From positions 1 to 41,698 of the forward strand of contig CAZAPM010000007.1 of the NCBI GenBank assembly GCA_964487475.1: a DNA stretch of 41,698 nt, in the 5' to 3' direction. Both the position numbers and the translations under genes were made by a program. This DNA is from an uncultured Planctomycetales bacterium. Lineage in GTDB: Bacteria > Omnitrophota > Gorgyraeia > Gygaellales > Profunditerraquicolaceae. A model generated the notes under the pieces. It was given only the letters and a program-made list of their open reading frames with translations. It searched no databases and was not told the origin of the DNA. Below are positions 10,609 to 19,470 of the stretch, piece by piece; positions within the stretch are counted from its first letter, which is position 1; the number at the start of each line of letters is the position of its first letter.

Positions 10609-12098
10609 GCGATCATCACGCGGATACGCGGGCGAAGGGGGGCTGGGACAGGGGGACCTGGGCGCTCCTCGCGATCTGCGGAGTGGGCTGGTTCCTGCGC
10701 GTGTTCAATATCACCGGGCCGAGCCTGTGGCTCGACGAGATCATGACCGTCGGCCGGGTCGCGGGCAGTGCCGCGGAAACCCTGCAGCATGTGTATATAT
10801 CTCCTCACCCGCCGCTCTATTATCTCCTTCTGAACTTCTGGCTGGCCTTAGTCCCGCTCAGCGAGTTTTTCCTGCGTCTGCCTTCCGCGCTCTTTTCGGC
10901 GCTCACTGTCCCCGTAGTGTACTGGATCGCCCGCCAGCTTTTCGACAGGAGGACGGGGCTGATCGCCGCGCTCTTGCTGAGCCTTTCTCCGTATCAGATC
11001 AGTTATGCCCAGGAGGCGAAGTCGTATGCCTTGCTCTGGTTCTTGCTTGCGGTCTCCTTCGGGTGTTTTTTCCGTTTTCAGCGCGACGGATCGGGACGCG
11101 CCCTGCGATGGTACGTGGTTTCTTCGGTGGCAAGTATCTACACCCTGTATTCCGGGTTCCTGTTCATTGCGGTGCAAAACGCGCTCTTTTTCCTGTTTTA
11201 TCGCGGGGCCCGGGAGAAACGATGGTTTCGCGCGCAGCTTCTGATCGCCGCATCATTCATTCCGTGGCTGCCGTTCTTTCTTTACAATGCCTTCCACCGC
11301 TCCGGGATCGAATGGATCTCTCCGGTTACGGATCACGGTAAAATGCTTCTGGATACCCTGGAGTTGATCTCGGGATTGAGCATCCGGGTATTCCGGAATC
11401 CGGCGGAGTTTTGGTTGCTGCTGCTTTTGCTCTCGGCGGGGGTGTTTTCCGTGCATCGTGCCGCGGGGAGGGGATGGTCCGTATCCGGGCCGCGCGATAA
11501 CGAGCGGGTATTGTTGGTGTGGCTGGGCCTGCCTCTGTGCGCGCTTTTCATCCTCGATCTTTTCGGGTGGCATCTTTTCGTGGTGCGTTATGTGGGGTTC
11601 GTCTCCGTGCCGCTGGTCATCCTCGTCGCTCACGCATTGGCCCGGGACCGGCACTGGCTGCGGAGGGTCGCCTTAGGGCTCCTGGTATTATCTACGGTCC
11701 TTCTGCACCTGGTCCCGTTCTACCGGTGGTCGATGAAGGTGAACCAGGAGGATTGGAGGAGCCTTGGGCGAAAGGTGCAGGAAACGGTTACCTCCGAAGA
11801 CCTGTTGTGGGCTACATCCTTTACGGATACAGAGATGTATTTCTTCTCCCGGGGTTTCAGGATATACCTCCCCGGGAAGGAGATCTCGACGGTCAGCCCC
11901 CGATATTCGATACCGGTGCCGGATAAACCGTACCGGAACATTTACCTGTTCTATTTGTATTACCGACCGGCGGTGGATACCCTTCCCGGAGGATACGCGC
12001 TTAAGGAAGAATCGGTGGTCCGGGTGATCGACCGGAATTACCCGCGCAAGCCGGCGGATGCGTGGAAATGCGGTGTGCTGCGTTTTCAAAGGCAATAG
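10605..12098 (+). CDS. GT-C fold membrane glycosyltransferase (PMT_2/ArnT-like)
   Basis: SLWLDE, HPPLYY, LRLPS and YAQEAKSY motifs, many TM helices. ATGA overlap with the upstream gene. Confidence 0.8.
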   Translation: MSDHHADTRAKGGWDRGTWALLAICGVGWFLRVFNITGPSLWLDEIMTVGRVAGSAAETLQHVYISPHPPLYYLLLNFWLALVPLSEFFLRLPSALFSALTVPVVYWIARQLFDRRTGLIAALLLSLSPYQISYAQEAKSYALLWFLLAVSFGCFFRFQRDGSGRALRWYVVSSVASIYTLYSGFLFIAVQNALFFLFYRGAREKRWFRAQLLIAASFIPWLPFFLYNAFHRSGIEWISPVTDHGKMLLDTLELISGLSIRVFRNPAEFWLLLLLLSAGVFSVHRAAGRGWSVSGPRDNERVLLVWLGLPLCALFILDLFGWHLFVVRYVGFVSVPLVILVAHALARDRHWLRRVALGLLVLSTVLLHLVPFYRWSMKVNQEDWRSLGRKVQETVTSEDLLWATSFTDTEMYFFSRGFRIYLPGKEISTVSPRYSIPVPDKPYRNIYLFYLYYRPAVDTLPGGYALKEESVVRVIDRNYPRKPADAWKCGVLRFQRQ

Positions 12099-12131
12099 TA
12101 TCGTTACTTGAGCCCGAGCAAAGGAGGATCC

Positions 12132-12857
12132 TTGGAATATTCGGTGATCGTTCCGGTCTTTGACGAGCGTGAGTCCGTTCCCTTGCTGCACGAGCGCATC
12201 CTTCGTGCGATGAACACGACCGGCGCGCAATTCGAGGTGATCTATGTCGACGATCACAGCGGCGACGGGAGTCTCGAGGAGCTGCGGGCGATACGGGAAA
12301 GGTCCCCGTTCGTGCGGGTGATCTCCCTTGCGCAGCGCAGGGGCAAGTCCGCGGCCCTGGCTGCCGGGTTCTCCCGCGCCGGGGGAAAATGGATCATTTT
12401 GATCGATGCCGATCTCCAGAACGATCCCGCGGATATTCCGTTCATGCTTCGTTCCCGGGGCGAGTGCGATCTTGTGCACGGGATACGCGCGAAAAGGAAA
12501 GATACACTTTTGCGCAAGATATCATCGGAGATCGCGCATGCGGCCAGGAAAGCGGTATTGAAGGATGTCACCGTGGATACGGGCTGCGGCCTTTCCCTGT
12601 TCCGCAGGGAGGTGCTGGACGCCGTGCACCTCTTCGATAACTTCCACCGGTTCATCCCGTATCTGGCGCGTACGCACGGCTTTCGGGTAACGGAGGTCCC
12701 GGTCAGCCATCACCCCCGCAAATTCGGGAGGTCGAAATATTCGACCTTAGGCAGGCTGATGGAGGGGATTTCCGATCTTTGGGGGGTGTGGTGGCTGGAA
12801 AAACGCCGGATAAAGTATGAGGTAAGGGAAGATAAAAATCCCTCTTTACTTCCTTGA
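12132..12857 (+). CDS. Glycosyltransferase family 2 (polyprenyl-phosphate glycosyltransferase, ArnC/DPM1-like)
   Basis: SVIVPVFDE, VDDHSGDGS, DADLQNDP and DTGCG motifs. TTG 12132 follows AAGGAGG. Confidence 0.88.
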   Translation: MEYSVIVPVFDERESVPLLHERILRAMNTTGAQFEVIYVDDHSGDGSLEELRAIRERSPFVRVISLAQRRGKSAALAAGFSRAGGKWIILIDADLQNDPADIPFMLRSRGECDLVHGIRAKRKDTLLRKISSEIAHAARKAVLKDVTVDTGCGLSLFRREVLDAVHLFDNFHRFIPYLARTHGFRVTEVPVSHHPRKFGRSKYSTLGRLMEGISDLWGVWWLEKRRIKYEVREDKNPSLLP

Positions 12858-12873
12858 AAAAATCTGGTATATT
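12845..12873 (+). promoter_or_regulatory. Putative promoter for the tRNA pair
   Basis: TTTACT-N17-TATATT with extended -10 TG. Confidence 0.45.
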
Positions 12874-12957
12874 TAATACTCCTTTTTATGGCCTGCTCCA
12901 GGAATCGTCAGCCGCGGTTGGACGCGGGTGTATGCTCCGTAAGTTATTGCGGTATCG

Positions 12958-13031
12958 GGGCCCATAGCTCAGTCGGTCAGAGCAGGTGACTCATAATCAC
13001 TTGGTCCGGGGTTCGAGTCCCTGTGGGCCCA
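12958..13031 (+). tRNA. tRNA-Ile2 (CAT anticodon, lysidine type)
   Basis: Full cloverleaf with GGGCCCA/TGGGCCC acceptor and CTCATAA anticodon loop. G1:C72 pair excludes fMet. C4/C5 and the anticodon arm resemble ileX. CCA not encoded. Confidence 0.9.
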
Positions 13032-13043
13032 GTTTGAATGTTC

Positions 13044-13132
13044 GTCCCGCGTCATATGCAGCGTCAAAATTTCAAGTTACGAAATTTTGACGTATTCCGC
13101 GGGACTTCACTAAATGCGTGCTACGCACGCAT
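13044..13132. repeat. Two hairpins in the inter-tRNA spacer
   Basis: GTCCCGCG 13044-51 pairs with CGCGGGAC 13098-105 and encloses CGTCAAAATTTC 13062-73 / GAAATTTTGACG 13081-92. Second hairpin ATGCGTGC-TAC-GCACGCAT at 13114-32. Confidence 0.75.
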
Positions 13133-13143
13133 GATTGAGTTCA

Positions 13144-13217
13144 GGGCATTTAGCTCAGTTGGTTAGAGCGCGTGCCTCACATGCACGAGGTCAGAGGTTC
13201 AAGTCCTCTAATGCCCA
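13144..13217 (+). tRNA. tRNA-Val (CAC)
   Basis: Cloverleaf with GGGCATT/AATGCCC acceptor, CGTGC-CTCACAT-GCACG anticodon arm and TTCAAGT T-loop. CCA not encoded. Confidence 0.93.
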
Positions 13218-13232
13218 TTTTTTTACATCTCT

Positions 13233-13958
13233 ATGACCATACCTAACCTTAAAGCGCAGATCGCGGTGCTGAGCGAGTTGCAGAAACTCGACAGCCGCAT
13301 ATACCGTCTCAAGATGGAAAAAGACGGCACCCCTGCGCAGATAAAGGAGCTGGAAGCGGCGTTCGAGGCGAAGAAACAACGCCTGGCCGAGCTGGAAAAA
13401 ACGGTCCTGGAGGTGCAGAAGCAGCGCAAGGAGCGGGAAGGGGAATTAGCCACCAACGAGGAGCACCGCAAGAAGCTGCAGGGCCAGTTGTACTCCCTGA
13501 AGACCAATCAGGAGTATAATACCATGCTCAAGCAGATAGCCGACGCCAAGGCGGATGCCTCCGTGATCGAGGATAAGATCCTTCAACTGATGGATGCCGC
13601 GGATAAGGCCAAGAGCGACGTGGAGCAGGAGAAGGGCCGGGTAGCGGTCGAAGAGAAGGCGTTCAACGAGCAGAAAAAGAAGGTGCAGGACAGGGTCAGA
13701 GAGATAGATGCCGAGGTGGCGACTTTGGACACGCAGCGTTCGGCGCTGCTGCCTTCGGTGGATACGAAACTTCTCGCGCAGTACGAGAAGATATTGCATA
13801 ACCGCCAGGGGATCGCGCTTGCAGCAGTGAAGGACTATTCCTGCCAGGGCTGCAACATGTCACTCCCGCCTCAGAAGGTGAACCTGGTGCAGATGTACGA
13901 CGAGATCGTTACCTGCGAATCCTGCAACCGGATTCTGTATATAGAAGAAACCTCCTGA
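13233..13958 (+). CDS. Coiled-coil protein with C4-type zinc ribbon (DUF164 / CT398-like)
   Basis: LQKLD N-terminus, long coiled coil, C-terminal CQGC...CESCNRILY. Confidence 0.88.
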   Translation: MTIPNLKAQIAVLSELQKLDSRIYRLKMEKDGTPAQIKELEAAFEAKKQRLAELEKTVLEVQKQRKEREGELATNEEHRKKLQGQLYSLKTNQEYNTMLKQIADAKADASVIEDKILQLMDAADKAKSDVEQEKGRVAVEEKAFNEQKKKVQDRVREIDAEVATLDTQRSALLPSVDTKLLAQYEKILHNRQGIALAAVKDYSCQGCNMSLPPQKVNLVQMYDEIVTCESCNRILYIEETS

Positions 13959-14467
13959 TGGAGCAAGTGGAAGTATATATTGACGGCGCCTCTAAGGGCA
14001 ATCCCGGCCCTGCGGGGATCGGGGTGATTGTGTGCCGGCAGGGCGAAGTGATCAAGACCATCTCGCTTTATATCGGGGAACAGACGAACAACGTGGCGGA
14101 GTATACCGCGTTGATCTGGGGCCTGCAGGAAGCGCGGGCCCAGGGAGCGAAGGCAGTGGCGGTGCGTTCCGACAGCGAATTGCTGTGCCGCCAGATGAAC
14201 GGCCTCTACCGGGTCAAGCATCCCAATATCGTGCCTTTGGCGGCGCAGGCCAAACAGTTGCTGGCGGCGTTCCAGGAGTGCGAGGTGGTGCATATCCCGC
14301 GGGAACAAAACCAGGGTGCCGATGCCCTGGCGAACCAGGCAGTGAAGGAATATCGGAAAAATGTGGGGAAAGCCCCATTGTTCGGGGCGGATAGCGGGCA
14401 GCCGCTTTCGCGGGTAACCCCCGCGGGGGAGGAAAGTCCGAGCTCCAGAGGGAAGCGTAGCGGGTAA
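13958..14467 (+). CDS. rnhA: Ribonuclease HI family protein
   Basis: IDGASKGNPGPAG, TNNVAEY, SDSELL and HIPREQN..ADALAN motifs. The 3' end runs into rnpB. Confidence 0.9.
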   Translation: MEQVEVYIDGASKGNPGPAGIGVIVCRQGEVIKTISLYIGEQTNNVAEYTALIWGLQEARAQGAKAVAVRSDSELLCRQMNGLYRVKHPNIVPLAAQAKQLLAAFQECEVVHIPREQNQGADALANQAVKEYRKNVGKAPLFGADSGQPLSRVTPAGEESPSSRGKRSG

Positions 14468-14719
14468 CTCCCGCCGTTCCGCCGCAAGGCGGGGCAGGAC
14501 CAGAGCAACAGAGACGAGTCGCCCGAAAGGGCGGGTGAAACGGGCAATCTCTACGCGGAGCAAGGCCAAATAGGAGGCGAACCGGAATTCCCTCGCCGTC
14601 ACAAGCCTCGGGTTGGCTGCTGGAGCCCGTCGGTAACGCCGGGCCAAGAGGAATGGCTGCCCTTTGGGACGCGTTCGCGCGGCCCTCAGACAAGACTCGG
14701 CTTACGTGCTATCTGCCCT
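14384..14719 (+). ncRNA. rnpB: RNase P RNA, bacterial type A
   Basis: GAGGAAAGTCCGAGCTC, GGTGAAACGGGCAATCTC..GGAGCAAGGCC and 3' ACAAGACTCGGCTTAC. P1 is GGGCGGATAGC / GCTATCTGCCC. Confidence 0.95.
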
Positions 14720-14761
14720 GTTATTTTGTTAACGTTATGAACACGTATCGGAGGAAGCGTC

Positions 14762-15520
14762 ATGTCGGGACACTCTAAATGGAAGACAAATAAGGGTAAG
14801 AAAATGGCAGCGGACGCCAAAAAAGGCGCGCTGTATACCAAGATCATCAAGGAACTGGTGGTGGTCGCCAAGGAAGGCGGCGGCAACCCGGATACCAATC
14901 CCCGCCTGCGCGCGGTCATGCAGAAGGCCAAGGAAGCGAATATGCCTTCGGATAACGTCAAGACCGCCATCAAACGCGGTACCGGAGAACTTCCGGGCGT
15001 GGTGTACGAGACGGCTATGTTCGAGGCCTACGGCCCGGGCGGTGTTGCGCTCATGGTCGAGACCCTGACCGATAACAAGAACCGCACTACGGCCGAGCTT
15101 CGCAATATAATGAACAAGAAGAACGGCAATATGGCCAGCGCCGGTTCGGTAGGCTGGATGTTCACCCGCAAGGGGTATATTCTCATCGAAAAGGCGAACG
15201 CTCCTTCCGAGGACGAGTTGATGGGTATTGTGCTCGAAGCCGGGGCGGAGGACGTCAAGTCGGACGAGGAGAACTTCGAGATCAGCACCGCGGTGGCGGA
15301 CCTGGAGAACGTGAAGGCCGCGCTGGAAGCCAAGAAGATCAAGTGGAAGGATGCGGAGCTGACCATGATCCCCTCCTCGACCGTCAAGGTCGAAGGTAAC
15401 GACGCCAAGGGCGTGCTGGCGCTGGTGGATGCGCTCGAAGAGCATGAAGACGTGCAGCAGGTGTACGCGAACTTCGATATTCCCGACGAAGTAATGGAGA
15501 AGCTTTCCCAAGAGGAGTGA
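14762..15520 (+). CDS. yebC: YebC/PmpR family protein
   Basis: MSGHSKW, NPRLR, EAYGPGG, TDNKNRT, DVQQVYANFD. Confidence 0.95.
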   Translation: MSGHSKWKTNKGKKMAADAKKGALYTKIIKELVVVAKEGGGNPDTNPRLRAVMQKAKEANMPSDNVKTAIKRGTGELPGVVYETAMFEAYGPGGVALMVETLTDNKNRTTAELRNIMNKKNGNMASAGSVGWMFTRKGYILIEKANAPSEDELMGIVLEAGAEDVKSDEENFEISTAVADLENVKAALEAKKIKWKDAELTMIPSSTVKVEGNDAKGVLALVDALEEHEDVQQVYANFDIPDEVMEKLSQEE

Positions 15521-16017
15521 TGAGGATCCTGGGGATTGACCCCGCGCTGACCGTCACCGGTTACGGCGTGGTCGATTGCGCGGGTGGGAAACTGGCCCTG
15601 GTGGAAGCGGGGGTGATCAAGACCGCCAGCACCGAGCCGATCACTTCCCGTCTGGAAAAGATATTCACCGCGCTGCAGGAGCTCATCAAGGAAACCTCCC
15701 CCCAGGTGGCAGTGCTGGAAAAGGTGTATGCGCATTACCGGCACCCGGCCACGGCCATAGCCCTCGGGCAGGCGCGGGGGGCGATCTGCCTGGCGTGCGC
15801 GCTCTCCAAGGTCGCGTTGGTCGAGTATTCCGCCACCCGGGTTAAAAAAGCGGTGGTCGGAAGGGGACTGGCAGGCAAGTATCAGGTGCAGCGGATGGTC
15901 GCGTCTCTCCTGGATATCTCGCAGCCGCCGCGTTATTTCGATGTTACGGATGCGTTGGCCCTGGCGATCGCGCACAGTTATATCGGCCGGGCCGCAACCA
16001 TGAGGCAACGTCCATGA
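15520..16017 (+). CDS. ruvC: Holliday junction resolvase RuvC
   Basis: ILGIDPAL..TGYG, LGQARG, VKKAVVGRG.A.K, DVTDALALA. Confidence 0.94.
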   Translation: MRILGIDPALTVTGYGVVDCAGGKLALVEAGVIKTASTEPITSRLEKIFTALQELIKETSPQVAVLEKVYAHYRHPATAIALGQARGAICLACALSKVALVEYSATRVKKAVVGRGLAGKYQVQRMVASLLDISQPPRYFDVTDALALAIAHSYIGRAATMRQRP

Positions 16018-16643
16018 TCGCGCATATCTGCGGAAAAGTGACGCAGGTCCATCCGCATAAAGTGCTGCTCTCCTGCGGCGGCATCTCCTACGAGGTCCTG
16101 GTCGCGCCCACGGTGCTCCAGAGGGTCAAGGAGCTGGCGGAGTCCGGCACCGAGGTCTCGCTGGTCACCTATCATTATTTCCAGATGGAACCTTCCCGCG
16201 GCGTCCCGGTCCTGGTGGGATTCTGCAACGAAATAGAAAAAGAGTTCTTTGAGGTGTTCATCACCGTTTCCGGGATCGGCCCCCGCGCCGCGCTGCGCGC
16301 GCTCATCGAGCCGATCTCGCGCATCGCCCGGGCCATCGACGAAGGGGATGTGGAGTTCCTGCGTTCCCTTCCCGGCATCGGCCCGCAGCGGGCCAGGGAG
16401 ATCATCGCCAAGCTGCAGAAGAAGGTGGGGAAGTTCGGACTGATGCAGGATGCGCCTTCCTCCGCGGTAAAGGAACCCGGCCGCAGCGATCTGCAGGTGG
16501 AAGCGCTGGCCGTGCTGCTGCAGCTGCAATACAAGAAGCCCGAAGCGGAGGCGATGGTCAAGAAGGCGCTGGAGAGGGCACCGCATATTTCCACGACCGA
16601 AGAGTTGCTCAACGAGGTCTATTCACAAAAGAAACTTCATTAA
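16014..16643 (+). CDS. ruvA: Holliday junction branch migration protein RuvA
   Basis: MIAHICG, two HhH motifs (VSGIGPR, LPGIGPQ) and a C-terminal domain III. Confidence 0.93.
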   Translation: MIAHICGKVTQVHPHKVLLSCGGISYEVLVAPTVLQRVKELAESGTEVSLVTYHYFQMEPSRGVPVLVGFCNEIEKEFFEVFITVSGIGPRAALRALIEPISRIARAIDEGDVEFLRSLPGIGPQRAREIIAKLQKKVGKFGLMQDAPSSAVKEPGRSDLQVEALAVLLQLQYKKPEAEAMVKKALERAPHISTTEELLNEVYSQKKLH

Positions 16644-16658
16644 CGTATGGGTGAGCGT

Positions 16659-17348
16659 ATGCCGGGTGAGCGTATCGATAATGCGAAGGCGGTGTTGGAG
16701 GCGGCGTTGTTCGTCAGCGAGAGGCCTTTGATGCTCGAACAGCTGAAAGCCGTGCTCCAGGGGTATGACGTGAAAGAGATCCGGGAGATGATCCTGGCGC
16801 TGGGCCAGGAGTACGAGCAGACGAACCGCGGCTTGCGGATCATGGAGGTGGCGGGAGGGTTCCGCATGATCACCCCTCCGGACCTGGCATCCTTCCTGAA
16901 GAAACTGTATAAGGAGCGCAAGGTCGAGCGCCTGAGCCGGCCTGCCCTCGAGACCCTCGCGATCATCGCCTATAAGCAGCCGGTCACGCGCTTGGAGATC
17001 GAGTCCATCCGCAGCGTCAAGAACGTCGATTCCATGATCAAGACGCTGGAAGAGAAAGAGTTCATCAAGGTGGTGGGTGAGAAGAAGGCCCCGGGCCGGC
17101 CGAAGGTGTACGGGACCACCCGGCAGTTCCTGGAGTATTTCGGCCTGAATTCCCTGGAGAATCTTCCCAAAGTCGAGGATATCTCCAAGCTGGCGCCGGG
17201 TGAGCTGGAGGCCCGGTTGCAGGAGCGTCAGGAAGTGATGATGACCGATCAGGAAGCATCCGCTCCCGTACCGGCAGGAGAGCAGCAGGTTGAGCCCGAA
17301 CAAGCAGAGGTATCGAATGGACCTGAAGAAACTGCGCACACAAATTGA
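16659..17348 (+). CDS. scpB: SMC-Scp complex subunit ScpB
   Basis: LEAALF, VAGGF, LSRPALETLAIIAYKQPVTR, PGRP..YGTT..FLEYFGL. Start could be 16647 or 16659. Confidence 0.93.
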   Translation: MPGERIDNAKAVLEAALFVSERPLMLEQLKAVLQGYDVKEIREMILALGQEYEQTNRGLRIMEVAGGFRMITPPDLASFLKKLYKERKVERLSRPALETLAIIAYKQPVTRLEIESIRSVKNVDSMIKTLEEKEFIKVVGEKKAPGRPKVYGTTRQFLEYFGLNSLENLPKVEDISKLAPGELEARLQERQEVMMTDQEASAPVPAGEQQVEPEQAEVSNGPEETAHTN

Positions 17349-18378
17349 TTTTCTGGATTCCCGGATCGTGGAGTTGCTGAACAAGCGGGCCAAGGTGACC
17401 GAGGATATCGGCCGGGTCAAGATCTCCCAGGGCAAGAGCATTTATTCCCCGGAGAGGGAGCAGGCGGTGCTGTCGCGGATCATCCGGCTTAACCGCGGGC
17501 CATTGACTGAAGGGGGCCTGCAGGCGATCTACCGGGAGGTGATGTCCTCCAGTTTGGCTTTGGAAAAACCGCTGAAGATCGCGTATCTGGGGCCGGAGGC
17601 CAGTTTCACTCATCTGGCTTCTCTGCGCAAGTTCGGTTCCCAGGTGGGGTATGTCGCCTGCAAGAGCATTACCGAGGTCTTCCTCGAGGTGGAGCGGGGG
17701 GCGTGCGATTACGGGGTGGTGCCGGTGGAGAATTCCATCGAGGGAGCGGTGACGCACACCCTGGACATGTTCATGGATTCCGATCTGAAGATCTGCGCGC
17801 AGACCGTGCTGGATGTTTCGCACAACCTCATGGGCCGCTGCGCGCTCAAAGATATCAAGCGGGTGTACTCCAATCCCCAGGTGTTCGGCCAGTGCCGTAT
17901 GTGGCTGCAGGAGCATCTGCCTCAGGCGGAACTGGTCGATGCGGCCAGCACCACTTCGGCGGCGAAGACGGCGGTCAGGGAAAAGGGCAGCGCGGCGATC
18001 GCCTCCAGCCTGGCGGCACAGGTGTACAAGCTTAAGATCCTGGCGGCGGATATCGAGGATTCCCCGCATAATATCACGCGGTTCTTCGTGATCGGGCTGC
18101 ATCCTACCCGGTCCACGGGCAAGGACCGCACTTCGATCATGTTCTCTATCAAGGATAAGGTGGGGGCGCTTCATGAGATGCTGCTCCCTTTCGCGAAATA
18201 CAAGATCAATCTGACCAGGATCGAGTCGAGGCCTTCGAAGAAAAAGGCGTGGGAGTATTATTTCTTCGTGGATATGCAGGGCCATTGCGCCGAGCCGCGG
18301 GTGAAGAAGGCGCTGGCGGAGCTGGAAGACAAGTGCAAAATGCTTAAAGTGCTCGGTTCATACCCGGTAGGAGACTGA
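17317..18378 (+). CDS. pheA: Chorismate mutase / prephenate dehydratase (P-protein)
   Basis: CM domain (LRTQID..LLNKRA), YLGPEASF, VPVENSIEG, NITRF, ACT domain with IESRP. ATG 17317 follows GAGG. Confidence 0.95.
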   Translation: MDLKKLRTQIDFLDSRIVELLNKRAKVTEDIGRVKISQGKSIYSPEREQAVLSRIIRLNRGPLTEGGLQAIYREVMSSSLALEKPLKIAYLGPEASFTHLASLRKFGSQVGYVACKSITEVFLEVERGACDYGVVPVENSIEGAVTHTLDMFMDSDLKICAQTVLDVSHNLMGRCALKDIKRVYSNPQVFGQCRMWLQEHLPQAELVDAASTTSAAKTAVREKGSAAIASSLAAQVYKLKILAADIEDSPHNITRFFVIGLHPTRSTGKDRTSIMFSIKDKVGALHEMLLPFAKYKINLTRIESRPSKKKAWEYYFFVDMQGHCAEPRVKKALAELEDKCKMLKVLGSYPVGD

Positions 18379-18381
18379 AGA

Positions 18382-19470
18382 ATGGAATTGGTCCGCAGTA
18401 ATATCGCCACACTTAAACCGTATATCGCCGGAAAGCCGATCGAAGAGACCAAGCGTGAGCTGGGTCTGCGCACCGTCATCAAGCTGGCGTCGAACGAGAA
18501 TCCTCTGGGGCCCAGTCCCAAGGCGGTTGCCGCCATGCGCAAGGTCATTTCCCAGGTGCACCGTTATCCGGACAGCGGCGGTTTCTATCTGAAGAGCGCC
18601 CTGGCCAAGGCCTACGGGATCACCCCCGACCATTTCGTGCTGGGCAACGGTTCGGACGAGCTTATCGATACCCTGATCAAGACCTTCGTGGCCGAGGACG
18701 AGAATATCGTCACCGCGGATGTGACGTTCCTGGAGTATAAGATCATCGCCCAGGTGAACAACCGCCAGGTGCGCACCGCGCCCCTCTCGGAGTTCCGTTT
18801 CGACCTGCGGGCGCTGGCCGGGCAGGTGACCCCGAAGACGAAGATGGTCTTCATTGCCAATCCCAACAACCCTACGGGAACATATGTGGGCAGGCAGGAG
18901 TTCGAGGCGTTCCTTTCCTTGCTTCCGCCGGGGGTGATCGTGGTGCTGGACGAGGCGTATGACGCGTTCATCGACGTGAAGGATTTTCCCGACAGCGTCT
19001 CGTACCGGGAGAGGAACGTCGTCGCCCTGAAGACTTTTTCCAAGGCCTACGGGCTGGCCGGTGTAAGGGTGGGATATGCCGTGGCCTCCCCGAGACTTAC
19101 CGCCAGCATGGAGAAGACCCGTCAGCCGTTCAACGTGAACCTGCCGGCGCAGGCGGCGGCAGCCGCGGCGCTGGGGGATAAGGCGTTCCTGCGCCGCACG
19201 CGCCGGGTGGTGCTGGAGGGTAAGAAATTCTTATATGCCGAGTGCCGCAAGCTTGGGGTTACGTTCGTGCCTTCCGTGGCGAATTTCATCCTGATCGATA
19301 CCGGGCGCGACTGCGTCGAAGTGTTCAAGGCCATGCTGCGACAGGGGGTGATCGTGCGCGATATGAAGCAGTACGACCTCGATACCTTCATCCGCGTCAC
19401 TATCGGCATGCAGAAGGAGAATGAGCGTTTTGTGCGCGCGTTTGCGCGCGTTATGGGGAGGGTGGCATGA
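18382..19470 (+). CDS. hisC: Histidinol-phosphate / aromatic aminotransferase
   Basis: KLASNENPLG, GNGSDE, NPNNPTG, DEAY, TFSKAYGLAGVRVG. Confidence 0.93.
   Translation: MELVRSNIATLKPYIAGKPIEETKRELGLRTVIKLASNENPLGPSPKAVAAMRKVISQVHRYPDSGGFYLKSALAKAYGITPDHFVLGNGSDELIDTLIKTFVAEDENIVTADVTFLEYKIIAQVNNRQVRTAPLSEFRFDLRALAGQVTPKTKMVFIANPNNPTGTYVGRQEFEAFLSLLPPGVIVVLDEAYDAFIDVKDFPDSVSYRERNVVALKTFSKAYGLAGVRVGYAVASPRLTASMEKTRQPFNVNLPAQAAAAAALGDKAFLRRTRRVVLEGKKFLYAECRKLGVTFVPSVANFILIDTGRDCVEVFKAMLRQGVIVRDMKQYDLDTFIRVTIGMQKENERFVRAFARVMGRVA

Noticed and set aside
12958..13031. CAT tRNA as initiator or elongator Met
   Set aside because: It has a paired G1:C72 and no run of three G:C pairs in the anticodon stem. 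Acceptor and anticodon arms resemble Ile2.
12958..13217. tRNA-anchored genomic island
   Set aside because: I saw no duplicated tRNA 3' end or integrase, and the downstream genes are conserved housekeeping neighbours.
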